A DNA stretch of 64,000 nucleotides, from contig OZ024746.1 of assembly GCA_964016885.1 (NCBI GenBank), positions 31,310,001 to 31,374,000 of the forward strand, written 5' to 3'. This DNA is from Eledone cirrhosa (Eukaryota). A program made the translations under genes and the position numbers. Below, piece by piece: positions 41,846 to 54,386 of this stretch. The notes below the pieces were generated by a model. It searched no databases. It saw only the letters and a program-made list of their open reading frames with translations, and had not been told where the DNA came from. Position 1 is the first letter of the stretch; every line of letters begins with the position of its first letter.

Positions 41846-43639
41846 TCTGACTATCTTACTAAAATAATAAAAAAAAATCATTTCTTAGCAAAACCAAGAC
41901 TCTGTTTTACACTCCCCCACTGATTCTATGATATATAGCTTTGTCTGTGTGAGTGTGCGTGTGTGTTTCTCATTCCACTAAAAATTCCAAGTTTCATATC
42001 AACTCTTTTGATGTCAAACTGCCTGAAACCACCCTTTATTCTGTTTTCAAATGTTTATATTTATTTAAACAGCTTCTATCATAATTTTATGTAAGAACCT
42101 TTTTAAAGTTATGTTCCAAACACCAGCTTAGTAATGAGAAAGTTAAATTACTAAATCTCTTCAAATTCTTATATTAAACCCTCAGTTATTGTATTTTATG
42201 TTGAACTCCTCTATTATCATCAACATCATTTCACATCCATTTTCTAGTCTGAGACCAGGCAGATCAGAACCATAGAGTTTTACTCGTACATTCAATGGTT
42301 TCTATAATTGAATGTCCTTCCTAATACATATCCCATTACAGGGTAACATTTTGTGGCACTAACACTACCATTTTACAGTGTACTGGGTGCATTTTATCAT
42401 GGCACTAACACTATTACTTTAAAGAATGGACTGGATCTATTTTATGGTGGCACATCTCACATTCTACAATGTGCACAGAGTACATTTTCTCATGGCACCA
42501 GCACTACTGAGATTGTCATTTCCTTGACACATCTGAAATCTTCTCAACCCTTTGTTTGGCACGTCATGTGTACTGAGTGTTTTATGTCACCACTAGAGAG
42601 GTTGTGATCCCCTTGACACAACTTAAGAATCGAATCCTCTCAACCCATTGTTACAATGCTACATGTAGACAATCTGGCATTGCTACATGTGACCATACCT
42701 ACATGTAACCATTTTTAGTGCTACAATTGACCATTTTTCCATTGATACATATGGCCAATCCTACATTATTACTGTAGCAGACAAAATCTCAAAGCTCACT
42801 ATCTCAAGAAAATAGGAAGGACACACTGAAATAAAAATGTGTACCTATGTCTGCCATTCCTTGCAGATACTCATGTATGTATAACAAGAATTGTCAGGAA
42901 CTTAACTGAACCATGGAAAACAAATGCACCTTTAATTTATCCTAAGTTAAAGCATAAATAAAAAAAGTCAAAAAGAATTGAGGACACTCTTCGGTTGTGT
43001 CGCAACCCTTAGTCCTGCCGACAACAAAATGCACCCAATACACTTTGTAAAGTGATTGGTGAAGAGCCTTAGAAAACTCACCAAACAAAGGGTTGAAAGG
43101 ACTCTGCAAGTGTCTCAAAACATGACAACCTCTTTGTGTTTGTGATATGTTAACATGCACCCGGTACACCTTGCAAGATATAATCCCATCACAGCCTGTC
43201 TGAGAGATCAGTAGCCCAAATAAAGTACTGACTTGGTCTGTGACGACCTGTGCAACTCATGCTAGCAGAAAAACGGACATGATGATTATACTGTTAAAGT
43301 AGTATCGTTGTAATAATGTGAGGAGAGGAAAATTTGAGTTATTTGGCGGAACATAAAGGTCAAACTCAGTATAATGTGGTCTTATCATCATCATTTTACG
43401 TCCGCTTTTCCCTGCTTGCAAGGGTTGGACGGGTCCTATTCAGCACAGCATCTCTCCACTTGTCACAGTCCTTCGTCATCTCCTCGATGGAAATATAGTT
43501 GGGGTGGTCACAACTGTAACGTCTGATCTATAGTTCTGTCGAGGAACTAATTAAATAACCAGCCCGACCACATGTGCTTCATTTATTAACTCCATTGCGT
43601 CTCATATAATTCTATATAAACACACATATATTTATAGTG

Positions 43640-43925
43640 TTGGACATCCGTCGGTTTCCACGGTGAGTGTTCCAGCAGTTCGATCAATAAAACAGCTTGT
43701 TCGTGAAATTAATGTGCAAGTGGCTGAGCATTCCAGATGCATGTACCAAACACACACACACTAACGCAGTTAGACCCTTTGAATTACGGATACAGCTCAT
43801 TTTTTCAGCTGAGTGAACTAGAGTAACGTGAAATGAAGTATCTTGCTCAAGGACACAACATACCACCAGGAATCGCAGACATGATATTACGAGCGTGAGC
43901 TGAATACACTAACCTCTAAACCATG
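43640..43925 (-). mobile_element. Second SINE family (tRNA head plus gtgtccttgagcaaga core); related pieces at about 12930-13250, 24400-24720 and 54600-55000
   Basis: Reverse-complement GTTGTGTCCTTGAGCAAGATACTT core after a B-box-like motif; shared gtggctgag.attcca block. Confidence 0.6.
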
Positions 43926-44630
43926 TACATTCACATTATATTTAAAATATAAATCAAATATAAGGATAAGTACATGCATGTACAGCATGAAACGGTGTTT
44001 TAATTATAAACTCGGATACGAAACCTAAATATACCTTATCACGGATTACATACTTTTTTTTAAAACATTATAGAATCAATAAAGATCTTAAATTCAAGAG
44101 TCGCCATATATTTATCATTATTATTTGTAAAGTACCAGTAATGTTTTGGGTAATTGATGGCCTTGCGCCTAAAGTAGAAACAATTATTTGTAATACTATT
44201 AAAAATGCATTTGTTCATCCTCTTACAAACACCGATATATAAAATATATATATCTGTGTGTATATATATCTATATATCGTAAATTGAAAGCTTTTATTTG
44301 ACAGCGATTAAATTTATAGGAATAGTTGTCAAGATAAAGTAAAAGTGACATTAGATATGGTGAAATTATTATTACTACAAGAGATTATTTCTGTTTGACG
44401 GGACAGCAGCACATGTAGTTAGACATATATGGTTATATATGAAACAGACACGAGAGATATATGTATATCATGCTTGTTTGATCTGGAGTTGGCAACAGAA
44501 AGAACGATTAATTTCATGTCATCAATAAAAACAAAATTATTTGAGAACGATGGAGAAATTCAAATAATACAAGATAGAAAAGATTTTAGATTGCGATGGT
44601 AAACAAATAACAAGATATTGGTTTACTTAC

Positions 44631-44685
44631 ATAGAAGACGGCGACAAAGATATTTTGGAATGAGAGAAGAAACAGGAAAAGGAAG
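44631..44685 (-). promoter_or_regulatory. NACA: NACA non-coding exon 1 with pyrimidine-rich TCT/5'TOP-type start
   Basis: Minus strand reads CTTCCTTTTCCTGTTTCTTCTCTC...CTTCTAT|GTAAGT. Perfect donor at 44630-44625; TCT-like initiator near 44681, typical of translation-machinery genes. Confidence 0.7.
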
Positions 44686-44697
44686 TAGTTTAGTTTA

Positions 44698-44707
44698 GCG
44701 CATGCGC
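44698..44707. promoter_or_regulatory. NRF1-type palindrome GCGCATGCGC in the NACA proximal promoter
   Basis: Exact GCGCATGCGC about 15 bp upstream of the putative TSS in otherwise CpG-poor DNA. Confidence 0.6.
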
Positions 44708-45267
44708 AGATTCATCCCTCTTTTAAGGTGGACTGCTTTGTTTTTTTACTGTTATTAATAGTAAATCTATACACATTATATATGTTGTAGTTGTCCCAAT
44801 GTAAATAAGTATAATAATAGTTGATAACAGTAATTGAGAAAATCAGGTAAAGTACCAATGGAGACAGAACAAAAGTAGAGTGGCGCCTGTGAGGAAGCGA
44901 ACCCCGCATCTCTGTTCATTTTTTCCGTCTCCTGGAGTACTTCACCTGATTGTCTCTACTATTGCTTATAATGATTAACTATTGTTATTATAGTCTGTAC
45001 ATTGAAATAACTACCATTTCAGATTTACCCAATGTTTCTTAAGTCAGCTGGATGCTCATTCTATGTATCATATTATGTGTCATATTATGTATTAATATGT
45101 GGAACTCACGACCATACAATTTGAAAGTTTTTTTATTCACAGTTGTATAAAAATACAATATAATACTTACAGAACGGAAACACAAAAACAAAGGATATGT
45201 ACAAATATAAACGCTTAAAAGGGATAAAAAAAACATTAAAAAGAAGGAAAAAAAGGGGGGTTGCAAT

Positions 45268-46280
45268 TCACCACCAAGTGCGACAATCGGAAGCACAGCA
45301 CATCTTGTTAACTAAATACTTTGTGGCAAGCCAATACGCTCTAAGCATTGCCACGGGTTTTGGCGAGGCTAATACTCTGAAACAACCAGGCACCCTCACG
45401 AGCATCACCTGACACCTCAGTGAGGTGAGCCACCAGTGATGATAAGAACTTCCAGCGGCCTGACTACCAAACGTCTCGAATGCCACAGGCTGGAACAAAT
45501 TCGGCAACGGAAACAGTGACCCCCCACATTTACCGCGACGTCCATGATGTGGGAGGGAGCAAAAGAGTCACTGACTGTGACGTCCCAGGGATATTTACCC
45601 GAGCCAGGGCCGGTTTGATAATCAGGTTTAACTCGGTGTGTCGGGCAAAACGATCAGCATTCAGGCACCAGGAGTAACCATGTAGACCTGTGGAGTCGAG
45701 GGACCTACCACAGTGGCACCACAGACGTCAGCTCCCACGCGAAGTGCAATGGAGATGCAGAGCTCGTCCTGACTGAGAAGGCCACCAATGCTGGCTACAG
45801 TCCCCCGAGAACTTTGCGCTTGTAGAAAGTAAGCGGCACCTAGAAAATTGATCGGAATGGTCAAAGAGAGAGTTGAAAGTTTCCCTCAAACTCAGATTGT
45901 CCCTTACTCTCTGCTTCCGTCTATCCTCATTAGTAACGGGAACTGACAAAGCTTCATCCAACTCCTTGTTGGAACTAGTCCGAGTTGGGAAGGAGAGGAT
46001 GTCACCCACTAAAGGGAATCAAGCGTGGTTGGAGGAAAGAAAGCAAAGTAGAGACAAAGATGTACATTTGTGCAGACCGAGACCTCCAAACCGTTTGGGC
46101 TAGACAGCTTGGTCGCGGGACCCTGGAGTGAGTCGGACATTGACTAAACCCTGGAGCTCACTGAATATGAGGTCATCGAAGCGCCATGGAGAGACAGAGC
46201 CGAATACGTTAACCTCAAAGCTACGCGCATTCACTGTACTATAAAGGGACAAGATACATCGCATCACCTCCTCCTCGTCC
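45268..46280 (-). mobile_element. Decayed CRE-like non-LTR retrotransposon (restriction-like endonuclease region)
   Basis: LLSQDELCISIALRVG, RHTELNLII..L...NIP, WDVTVSDSFAPS, FQPVAFETFG. Confidence 0.7.
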
Positions 46281-46321
46281 CGCTACACTGACAGACTAAC
46301 TTACACAAACACACACACACA

Positions 46322-46588
46322 GAGTAGAACCTCCATTACGAACAATTTTTCCGAGCATAAGACTTCTCGATTGACGAACAGTGTCTCGAGTAACGAACAC
46401 GCAAACCGGCTACAACAGTTGACACAATACGCTGGGAGTATCAGCAGGAAAGCGTCACTTGCTATGTAGTTAGTTACTACGGTGATATCTATTTGTCTTT
46501 CACACAGTCTCTCTCTCCCTGTATTTCGGTCTCAACATTTCGTATGGGGGGGGGGTCAGTTTACGGCATTCGTGAACGGAGGTTCCAC

Positions 46589-46589
<1 letters not shown>
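46322..46589. mobile_element. Tc1/pogo(Tigger)-type MITE
   Basis: TIRs AGTAGAACCTCC.TT.ACGAA and TTCGTGAACGGAGGTTCCACT, adjacent to a TA run. Confidence 0.65.
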
Positions 46590-46627
<38 letters not shown>

Positions 46628-47108
46628 ATAACAGATTAAAGACCCCGACGGCTGAGCTCCGGCCGTTTCGACGACAGCTAGACCCTCTTTGTTTTATATA
46701 TATATATATGTTTTACGTAATTCAAAAGGAAAAGCAAAGGAAAAAAGAGTGCTCTATGTATAGAACAGAGCTGTTTAATTTCTGGATCACAGACGCTAAT
46801 AATATATGTCTGGATCGTTCGTCAGATAGAGTATCTGAGGAACGATCCAGACGTATATATTATCGTCTGTGATCCAGAAACCTTTGGTAATGGAATAGTT
46901 ATATTTTGTGTTCACTTTCTAATTAAATATATATATATACTAGATCTAATATATACATATATATATATACACTAGACCACCCGTGGCCCGTTGGGTCTCG
47001 TTCACTTAAAAATATATTTTTAAAATCATGTTCACTTAAAAATAATTTTTGAATAATTAAAATATACACAGATGTATATGATGTAAAAATGAAATTGGAA
47101 GGCCCATA

Positions 47109-47139
<31 letters not shown>

Positions 47140-47140
<1 letters not shown>

Positions 47141-48650
47141 CTAGCTGAGGTGCCCAGATTCGCCCGGGAGTACAGTAAAGAGAAGACGGATAAAAGAGAA
47201 AACGACTGTATTGGATGTGTTGTATGGTATGAGGTGAGACAAACACCACCAATAACACCCCCATCACACTACTACCAACACCACTACACCATCACCACCC
47301 TCCACCACCACATATTTTAAACTCCTGTCAAATAATTCAACAAAAGCACAACACACAAAAAAAGAAAAAGAAAGATAGATCTCCCCCACACCTCAGGAGT
47401 TCAAAGGGCGGGAGAGGGGATAGACAACTTAGTCGTTCTTTACAGAAGATGAAAACATTTGTTGTTTCAAAAAATATAGTAGTAGGATATAGAGGGAGAG
47501 ACAATTTGGTGGTCTAGTGAGAGAGGAGGAATTGTGAGGAAGAGTGAGGTATGTAGCGGTATAGAGTAAGGAGGAGAGAGTTTGTTGTTTCAGTGAGAGT
47601 GGGGGAATTGTTTGAGAGACAGGTATGTAGTAAAATATAGAGAGGGGGAGTGAATTTGGTTTAGTGAGGGAGGGGGAATTAAGAGAGTGAGTTATGTAGA
47701 GGAGGAGAGAATTTGGTGGTTTAATAAGAGAGAGGGAATTAAAAGAGTGAAGTATGTAGTGGAATATAGAGAGAGGGAGAGAATTTGATGATCTAGTGAG
47801 AGAGAGAGTGAGATGTGTAGTGGAATATAGAGAGAGGGAAAAGAATTTGGTGGTCTAGTGAGAGAGGGTGAGGTATGTAGTGGTATAGAATGAGGGGGAG
47901 AGAGTTTGTTAGTTTAGTGAGAGAGGGTGAGGTATGTAATAAGATATAGAGAGAGGGAGAGAATTTGGTGGTCTAGTGGGAGAGGGGCAATTGTGACAGT
48001 GAGTGAGGTATTTAGTGGGATATAGAGAAGGAGAGAATTTGTTAGTTTAGAGAGAGAGGGGGAATTAAGTGCGTGGAAGCGAGTGAGTTATGTAGTGGAA
48101 TATAGAGAGGGGGAGAGAATTTGCTGGTCTAGTGAGAGAGGGGGAATTGTGAAAGCGATAGAGAGTGAAGCATGTAGTGGGATATAGTGAGGAAGAGAGA
48201 GTGTTTGGTGGGCTAGTCAGAGAGTGGAAATTACGAGAGTGATAGAGAGTGAGATATGTACTGGTATATAGAGATGGGGGAGAATTTGGTGATTTAGTGT
48301 GAGAGGGCGAATTGTGAGAGAGTTAGGTGTGTAGTGGAATATAGAGGGTGGAAGAGAGTTTGGTGGTTTAGTGAGAGAGGGTAAATTGTGAGAATGATGG
48401 AGAGTGGGGTATGTAGTGGTATATAGAGAGGGGGAGAATTTTATGTGGTTTAATGAGAGAGGGGAATGTGAGAGTGAGAGAAAATTGGGTATGTAGTGGG
48501 ATATAGAGACAGTTTTGTGGTTTAGTGAGAGAGGGGAAATTGTGAGAGTGAGAGAGGGATGTATGTAGTCGGATATAGAGAGAGTATAATGAGAGAGAGG
48601 TAATATTTTTGAGAGAGAATGACAAAATAATTGTAGGATGGAAGAACATT
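47140..48650 (-). mobile_element. Helitron-like 3' end (hairpin plus CTAG) with an adjoining degenerate purine-rich ~60-75 bp tandem array
   Basis: Minus strand CCCGGGCGAATCTGGG..CTAG/T at 47140-47170, with a second ACTAG..CCCG motif near 46970. Repeats such as gtatgtagtggaatatagagag..agaatttggtggtttagtgagagag from 47480 to 48620. Confidence 0.5.
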
Positions 48651-48762
48651 TTTTAATATTGGATTTCACAGTAAAGTGGCTGTGTATATGAGTGTGTGTG
48701 TTTATATATATATATGTGTGTGTGTGTATATATATATATATGTGTGTTTATATATATGTATT

Positions 48763-48801
<39 letters not shown>

Positions 48802-49527
48802 GGTCACCAGTTGGTGCTACTGGTAACATGTATCCCAGTACAACCTGACTCATGGTCGGGTCGTTGGCGATTAAACTGGCAACCCCACCAAGGTTTCTTG
48901 GTTGAGGAGGGTGACTTTGGACATCCTGCAGGACTAAAAACAAAACCTGTCAAAGGGCAAAGGAGCTCTTAAGAGTCAATGGCCATCCAAAATCACCGGG
49001 AGAGATGACCCCTTAGCCTTTGTCAAGGCAGAATTCTAGGAGAAGGAAAACTCTGATATAACACCTGCAACTCTGATGGTATCCAATGATGTTGACTTGT
49101 TCTTCTTTTTGGTAAATATCATCTTGGTTAAGAGAGTGGGACTGGCTTTGTGCAGTGCCTTTGCTCACTATAAAAGCTTCACGGCACAGGCATTGCTTTA
49201 TATCTGGAGATCGCTCTGCACTTGTTGTCACATGGTACCATGGGCCCAGCACTGTCAATAATTGTCACAAGTGTAGTGTTTGTGCCAGAGTGCATCGGTA
49301 GGGGTTCTCCTACATGGATATAAAGTGGTGGCCGTACTCGAAAACGAGTTGGTAGCCACCACCACCATATATATATATATATATATATATAATCCAGCGC
49401 CGAAACATCGGTTCGTGAAACATTTACAGCTGACGATGGAAACTCCTTTCTCCTCCAATTCCGTCCTAACCACCATCATAAACCTTGTTTTTAGTAACCA
49501 CACAGCTCCTTTCGTTTCATAACTTTT

Positions 49528-49599
<72 letters not shown>

Positions 49600-50292
49600 A
49601 GTCATACACCCCTCCTCCCCATCCAATAATTATAATGTTCTTCTGAAACTACCAAAACACACATCTATTTGTATACGAGCTAAAATTTACGTACGTTAAA
49701 ATTTGTTATGTTTATCGCATATCGAATTTTTGTGACCATTTTTCAATGCAAAGAGCTAAACTAATCACTACAACTAAATTGGCCAAATTTGCCCCCCATT
49801 CAGAAATGCTTTTATCTCCCCTGATATATATATTGATATATTGATACATTCATTAATCAATATATCATATTGTATTTCATTAATCTCAACTGACAACAGA
49901 ATACAGGAATGACAGTTTTTCTCTGTTTTATGTCAATACATGCTGCTCGCACCTTGGCAACACAACAACAACATATATCCACAAAAGTGTGTTTATTTAT
50001 ACACCCACACTGTCTATTACTTTACTACATTATTGTAAGGACCCGATCTTCGTTGACTCAGAGGAAGGAAAAGATACACAACTTTTAAACGTCTGTATTT
50101 CCTTCTTAGTTTCTCTTTCAAATATTGTTTAAACTGACCAGTACATAACCCGTTGTGGTGTATAGTCCGAATAACTAACATTCGCTTTTTCTTTTTTTTA
50201 CCAAATTTGTTTATGGATTATACACACACACACACACATATTTAGATACACACACACACACATATTTAGATACACACACACACACACACACA

Positions 50293-50478
50293 CGAGGCGG
50301 TGCTGAAAGGTTTTTGGCCTTGGGTAAAAGAAAATACAAGAAGATCAGTTAATTATGATTTTATTCAACATATTCCCCTCACAGACTCCCACCCTTATAG
50401 CAGCGGTTCGTCACTCTTTCTAAGCCCTGTAAAAAAAGTACTCGACCCTTAAACCCAGGAACTTTTCTCTACCCCTCG
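50293..50478. mobile_element. Mariner-type MITE
   Basis: TIRs CGAGGCGGTGCTGAAAGGTT and AACTTTTCTCTACCCCTCG, followed by TA. Confidence 0.7.
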
Positions 50479-51065
50479 TATATATATATTACATTATCTA
50501 TAATATATATCATCATCATCATTTAACGTCCATCTTCCACGCTAGCATGGGTTTGGACGGGAATTTTCTCACTTGAGGCAAGATTGGTTGTTTTGCTCGT
50601 ATAGGACTGTCTGGCGGGTTTTCTACGGCTGGATGCCCTTCCTAACACCAACCACGTTTACAGTGTGGACTGGGAGGTTTTTACCGTGTTACCTACACGG
50701 CCACATTACAGCGTGGACTGTGTGTTTTTTTTGTCGTGACACCTACACGACCTCATTTGTTTCGGACTGGATGTTGTGGTACCAACATAACATTACATTG
50801 GAAGGGGTGTGGGTAGTGGGACGGGGGTGTATTTTTGTTAGAGGTGCCTACTGACTGTAGGTTTCGCTTTATATATATATATATATAGAGATAGATATAG
50901 ATAGGTAAATATACACGGGTGTGTATGATTGTGTATAGAAGATTATATTAATAAGAGGAATTCCAACTTTGTCTGATTTACTCGTTTTATTTACAATCCT
51001 TTAAAATATATATAATGGTATTATAATGAAATAGTATGATAGAATATTAAATTCTAAGTGTTAAT

Positions 51066-51104
51066 TGAACAAGTACTTTCATGCTTTCGCAATCTTCAGG
51101 TTCA
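51066..51104 (-). ncRNA. Candidate minimal type I hammerhead ribozyme
   Basis: TGAAC-CTGAAGA-T-TGC(GAAA)GCA-T-GAAA-GTAC-TT-GTTCA. Stem I TGAAC/GTTCA, core CUGAAGA and GAAA, palindromic stem III AGTACT, CUU cleavage triplet. Confidence 0.55.
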
Positions 51105-51157
51105 TGATATGTGGTGACAGTCGAGTTTGCAATTTTCTCGTCTGTCACCACATATCA

Positions 51158-51195
51158 TGAACCTGAAGATTGCGAAAGCATGAAAGTACTTGTTC
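51158..51195 (+). ncRNA. Second, inverted copy of the candidate minimal hammerhead ribozyme
   Basis: Same motif with a 4-bp stem I (GAAC/GTTC). Confidence 0.5.
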
Positions 51196-52034
51196 TATCA
51201 TACTATTTCATTATAATACCATTATATATATTTTAAAGGATTGTAAATAAAACGAGTAAATCAGACAAAGTTGGAATTCCTCTTATTAATATATATATAT
51301 ATGTGTGTGTATGTATGCATTTAAAGGGTGGAGTACTGATGGGGATTAAGAAATGACAACAGTTAAAAAGAGTACTCGATACGTTGCTAGAGTATAGGCA
51401 TCTTTATTTTATATAAAAATAATATCTACAAGACTAAAATTGTTTTCTTCATACGAATGAAACAGTTCTAGTTCTGTAGAAGTTATTTTTATATAAAATA
51501 ACCATATGATATATGTATCATCCCCATCATCATCACTATCATTAACATCACCACCTCCACCTCAAACATCATCATTAACATCACCACCCCACCTCCAACA
51601 TCATTAATATCACCACCTCTACCCCCAACATTATCATTAACACCACCACCTCCACACCCAACATCATTATCACCACCTCCACCCCCCAACATTATCATTA
51701 ACATCATCCACTCCACCCCCAACATCATCATTAACACCACCACCTCCACCTCCAACATCATTAAATCTGATGTCTTTACAATGAATGTCCACTTATAAAC
51801 CTGTTTATTATACTTGTCATCTCTTTATTTCTACCTAATGTTAGTCTTCTACTTTATCACCACCACTAACACCATCACTACCAATACCAACTCCACCACC
51901 AACAATACCAACTCCACTACCACCAACAGCAGCACCATTACTACCACTACTACCATCACCAACAACACCAACACCAAAAACACCCACCACCACCAACAAC
52001 ACCAGCAACACTACCAATAACTTTCATTATGTAA

Positions 52035-52212
52035 TTGGCAGTATCGATAGAGGGTCGGACGCCATGCTTTCCAGCATAGTTACGTCCCTTTACGATCTGA
52101 GTTCAAATCCCGCCGAGGTTGACTTTGCCTTTCATCCTTACGGGGTCGATAAAATAAAGTACCAGTAATGCACTGGGTAATTGCTGGCCTTGTGCCTAAA
52201 GTAGAAACAATT
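52035..52212 (+). mobile_element. tRNA-derived SINE (octopus OK-like); copies at 8443-8625 (-), 19767-19945 (-), 32050-32255 (-), 53045-53230 (-), 56280-56462 (+), 6380-6468 (+, partial), 44130-44185 (+, partial)
   Basis: A-box-like TGGCAGTATCGATAG, B-box GAGTTCAAATCC, conserved body ctttcatccttacggggtcgataaaataaagtaccag, tail gtagaaacaatt. Confidence 0.85.
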
Positions 52213-53272
52213 ATGTAAAATCTCCCTATTTTGCCTCATTTCTCCCTGTTTGGGTTTTAGAGGTTGGCAGGTCTGCAGTACACTCTATGAGGTGGTAGTG
52301 TTGGTGCCATGATAAAATATACCCAGTACATCCTGTGATGTGGTAGTGTTGGTGTGATGATAAAATGGTGGTGATGACAAGTGTATCTAGGACTACACTA
52401 TCCAATGTGTCTCATTTTTTTTAAGATGGTAGAAATGCTGATGAAATTGTTAAGAGGTTCCAGCCTCACATTGAGGAAGTGTCTTTACTATAGTCATGGG
52501 TCTGACACATTACATGTTTATTTAACATGTCTGTCTGTTCCATTCATTTAACATGTGTGTCGCCATTCATTACTGCAACACTTATCTTTGAAACCAAACT
52601 AGACCCATTTAATTTGAGATAGATTTGGATGCTATTTCTAACGGGTCGAACAACCACGTTGAGGTTCTTGTTGTCTTGGAGATAATTTAGTTTGTTTGTC
52701 ACCCAGAGACCAATATTGTCAACTTTGTGTGTGTGTGTATATGTTTGTGTGTATATGTGCATGTGTGTATGTGTGTTGTTATCTCTAAATAACACTACTT
52801 AACTGCCTGGAAACAAAACTGATAGTAAAGTTAGTGTTAATCTCTCTCTCTCTTTCTCACTATATATATATGACGATAGTGTTGATTATGATATATAGTT
52901 TGTTTATCTATATTATAATAACTGGACAATCATTTGTTAGTCTGTCACACACACACAATGCTCTATCATAAATGTCCTAAATATTTTTTATCTAGAATTC
53001 ATGGAACACAAATTAATGGTCACTTTAGGCCAATATGGAATAATGGTTTCTAATTTAGGCACAGCATCAGCAATTTTGGTGAGAGTGGGGGATATTTTGA
53101 CCCCAGTACTTAACTAGTACATTGTTTTATCAACTCTGGAAGATGAATGGCAAAGTTGGCTTTGGCAGGATTTGAACTCAGAGCAAATACTGCAAAGCAT
53201 TTTGTCCAATGCTCGACCAATTCATCCAGCCAAAGTATTGAAAATATTTGTATTTCTTTACAGGAATGAAAG

Positions 53273-53387
53273 ATGCCAAGTGCTGGAGGTGTGTGTCCAC
53301 CTCTAATTACACCTTTACATAATAAACCTATATCAAACTCATCAACTACTAAGATTAATTTATCTACTTTAATTCAGTTAAGTTCAG
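53273..53387 (+). CDS. DZANK1: DZANK1-like coding exon 1 (MPSAGGVCPPLITPLHNKPISNSSTTKINLSTLIQLSS)
   Basis: Acceptor CAG at 53263, in-frame upstream TGA, donor GTAAG at 53388. Resembles the DZANK1 N-terminus (recalled MTAGSVCVPQIIPL). Confidence 0.82.
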
Positions 53388-54386
53388 GTAAGTGGTTTTA
53401 GTAATTTCAATGATTTCATGAAAAATACTGTAACCTAGTATAACCTGCTTCATGGCTGAGTGGTCATTGACTAAACCAGCTCCCCCACCAGACCCTGGTC
53501 TGAGGAGGGGGGTAAGTGGAACTCCAGCAGCACAAAAGACAAGCTTTTAAAAGGGCAGATTAACTCCTCAAAATCAACAGCCATCCACCCCAATTATGGG
53601 TTAAATAGCCTCACCAACCTGCAAGTGACTAAATGTGAGTAAGGTTACACTCCTGACATGACCAAGATCAAACAGAAGTGGTTGAGGTCAACCAAGGAGA
53701 GTTTCCTTCAGCAGAAGTGAGAAAGCCCTGGATTTGATTAGATTTGCATGAGAAATTTAGTAGATAGAAACTGTGTAGAAATCCACCAAAAAGACAGTTT
53801 CTTTTTTTAGATGGTAGATTTAACTTTTTTGTTACCAACCCATCACTAACCACCTCTGGTTCTATGAAACAAAACCAGATATTTTAAAAAGTTCTTTTTC
53901 AAATTAAAACTGTTCAACAATTTGTTACAAGAACCAATTGTTAAGTTACAAATACTATCTAAATAATGAAATAATAATTTTAGTAAATTCTCCCAAATTA
54001 TTGATTAATTAAACTGTCCAATATCTGCATGTGATGTGTGATGCTTCATTGTAGTAAGACGTACACAGTGAATACAGAGAATATATGAAGGCTGGAGAGA
54101 AATGAAACAAACATGCTTCAATAGATATACAGTATTAATATGTATGAATGATGAAGCATGGATGAGCTGAGAGAAAAGCTGGGTATAAAAGGAATCAAAT
54201 GTAGTGTGCAGTAGAGAAGACTGCATTGGTATAGACATGTGTTGTATATAGACGATAATTGTTATATGAAGAAGTGCCAAGAAATTCCACTACCAATTCA
54301 CTACCTATAGTAAATAATAATAATATATTTAATGTTGCTGAGAATGTAGAGTTTAAGCTAAGCTGGTTGTCTCAATCTGTTTCCAG

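Larger units (their letters stand above)
50944..51293. repeat. ~350-bp near-perfect palindrome, probably an inverted Penelope-like terminal repeat
   Basis: Arms match apart from a ~25-nt extra segment in the left arm; 21-nt central loop at 51121-51141. Confidence 0.9.

Noticed and set aside
41861-44630. A large skNAC-like alternative NACA exon
   Set aside because: No long open frame in NACA introns 1-2; the sequence is SINE and RTE-UTR debris.
52035-52125. tRNA gene suggested by A- and B-box motifs
   Set aside because: No cloverleaf; the motifs belong to a multi-copy SINE head.
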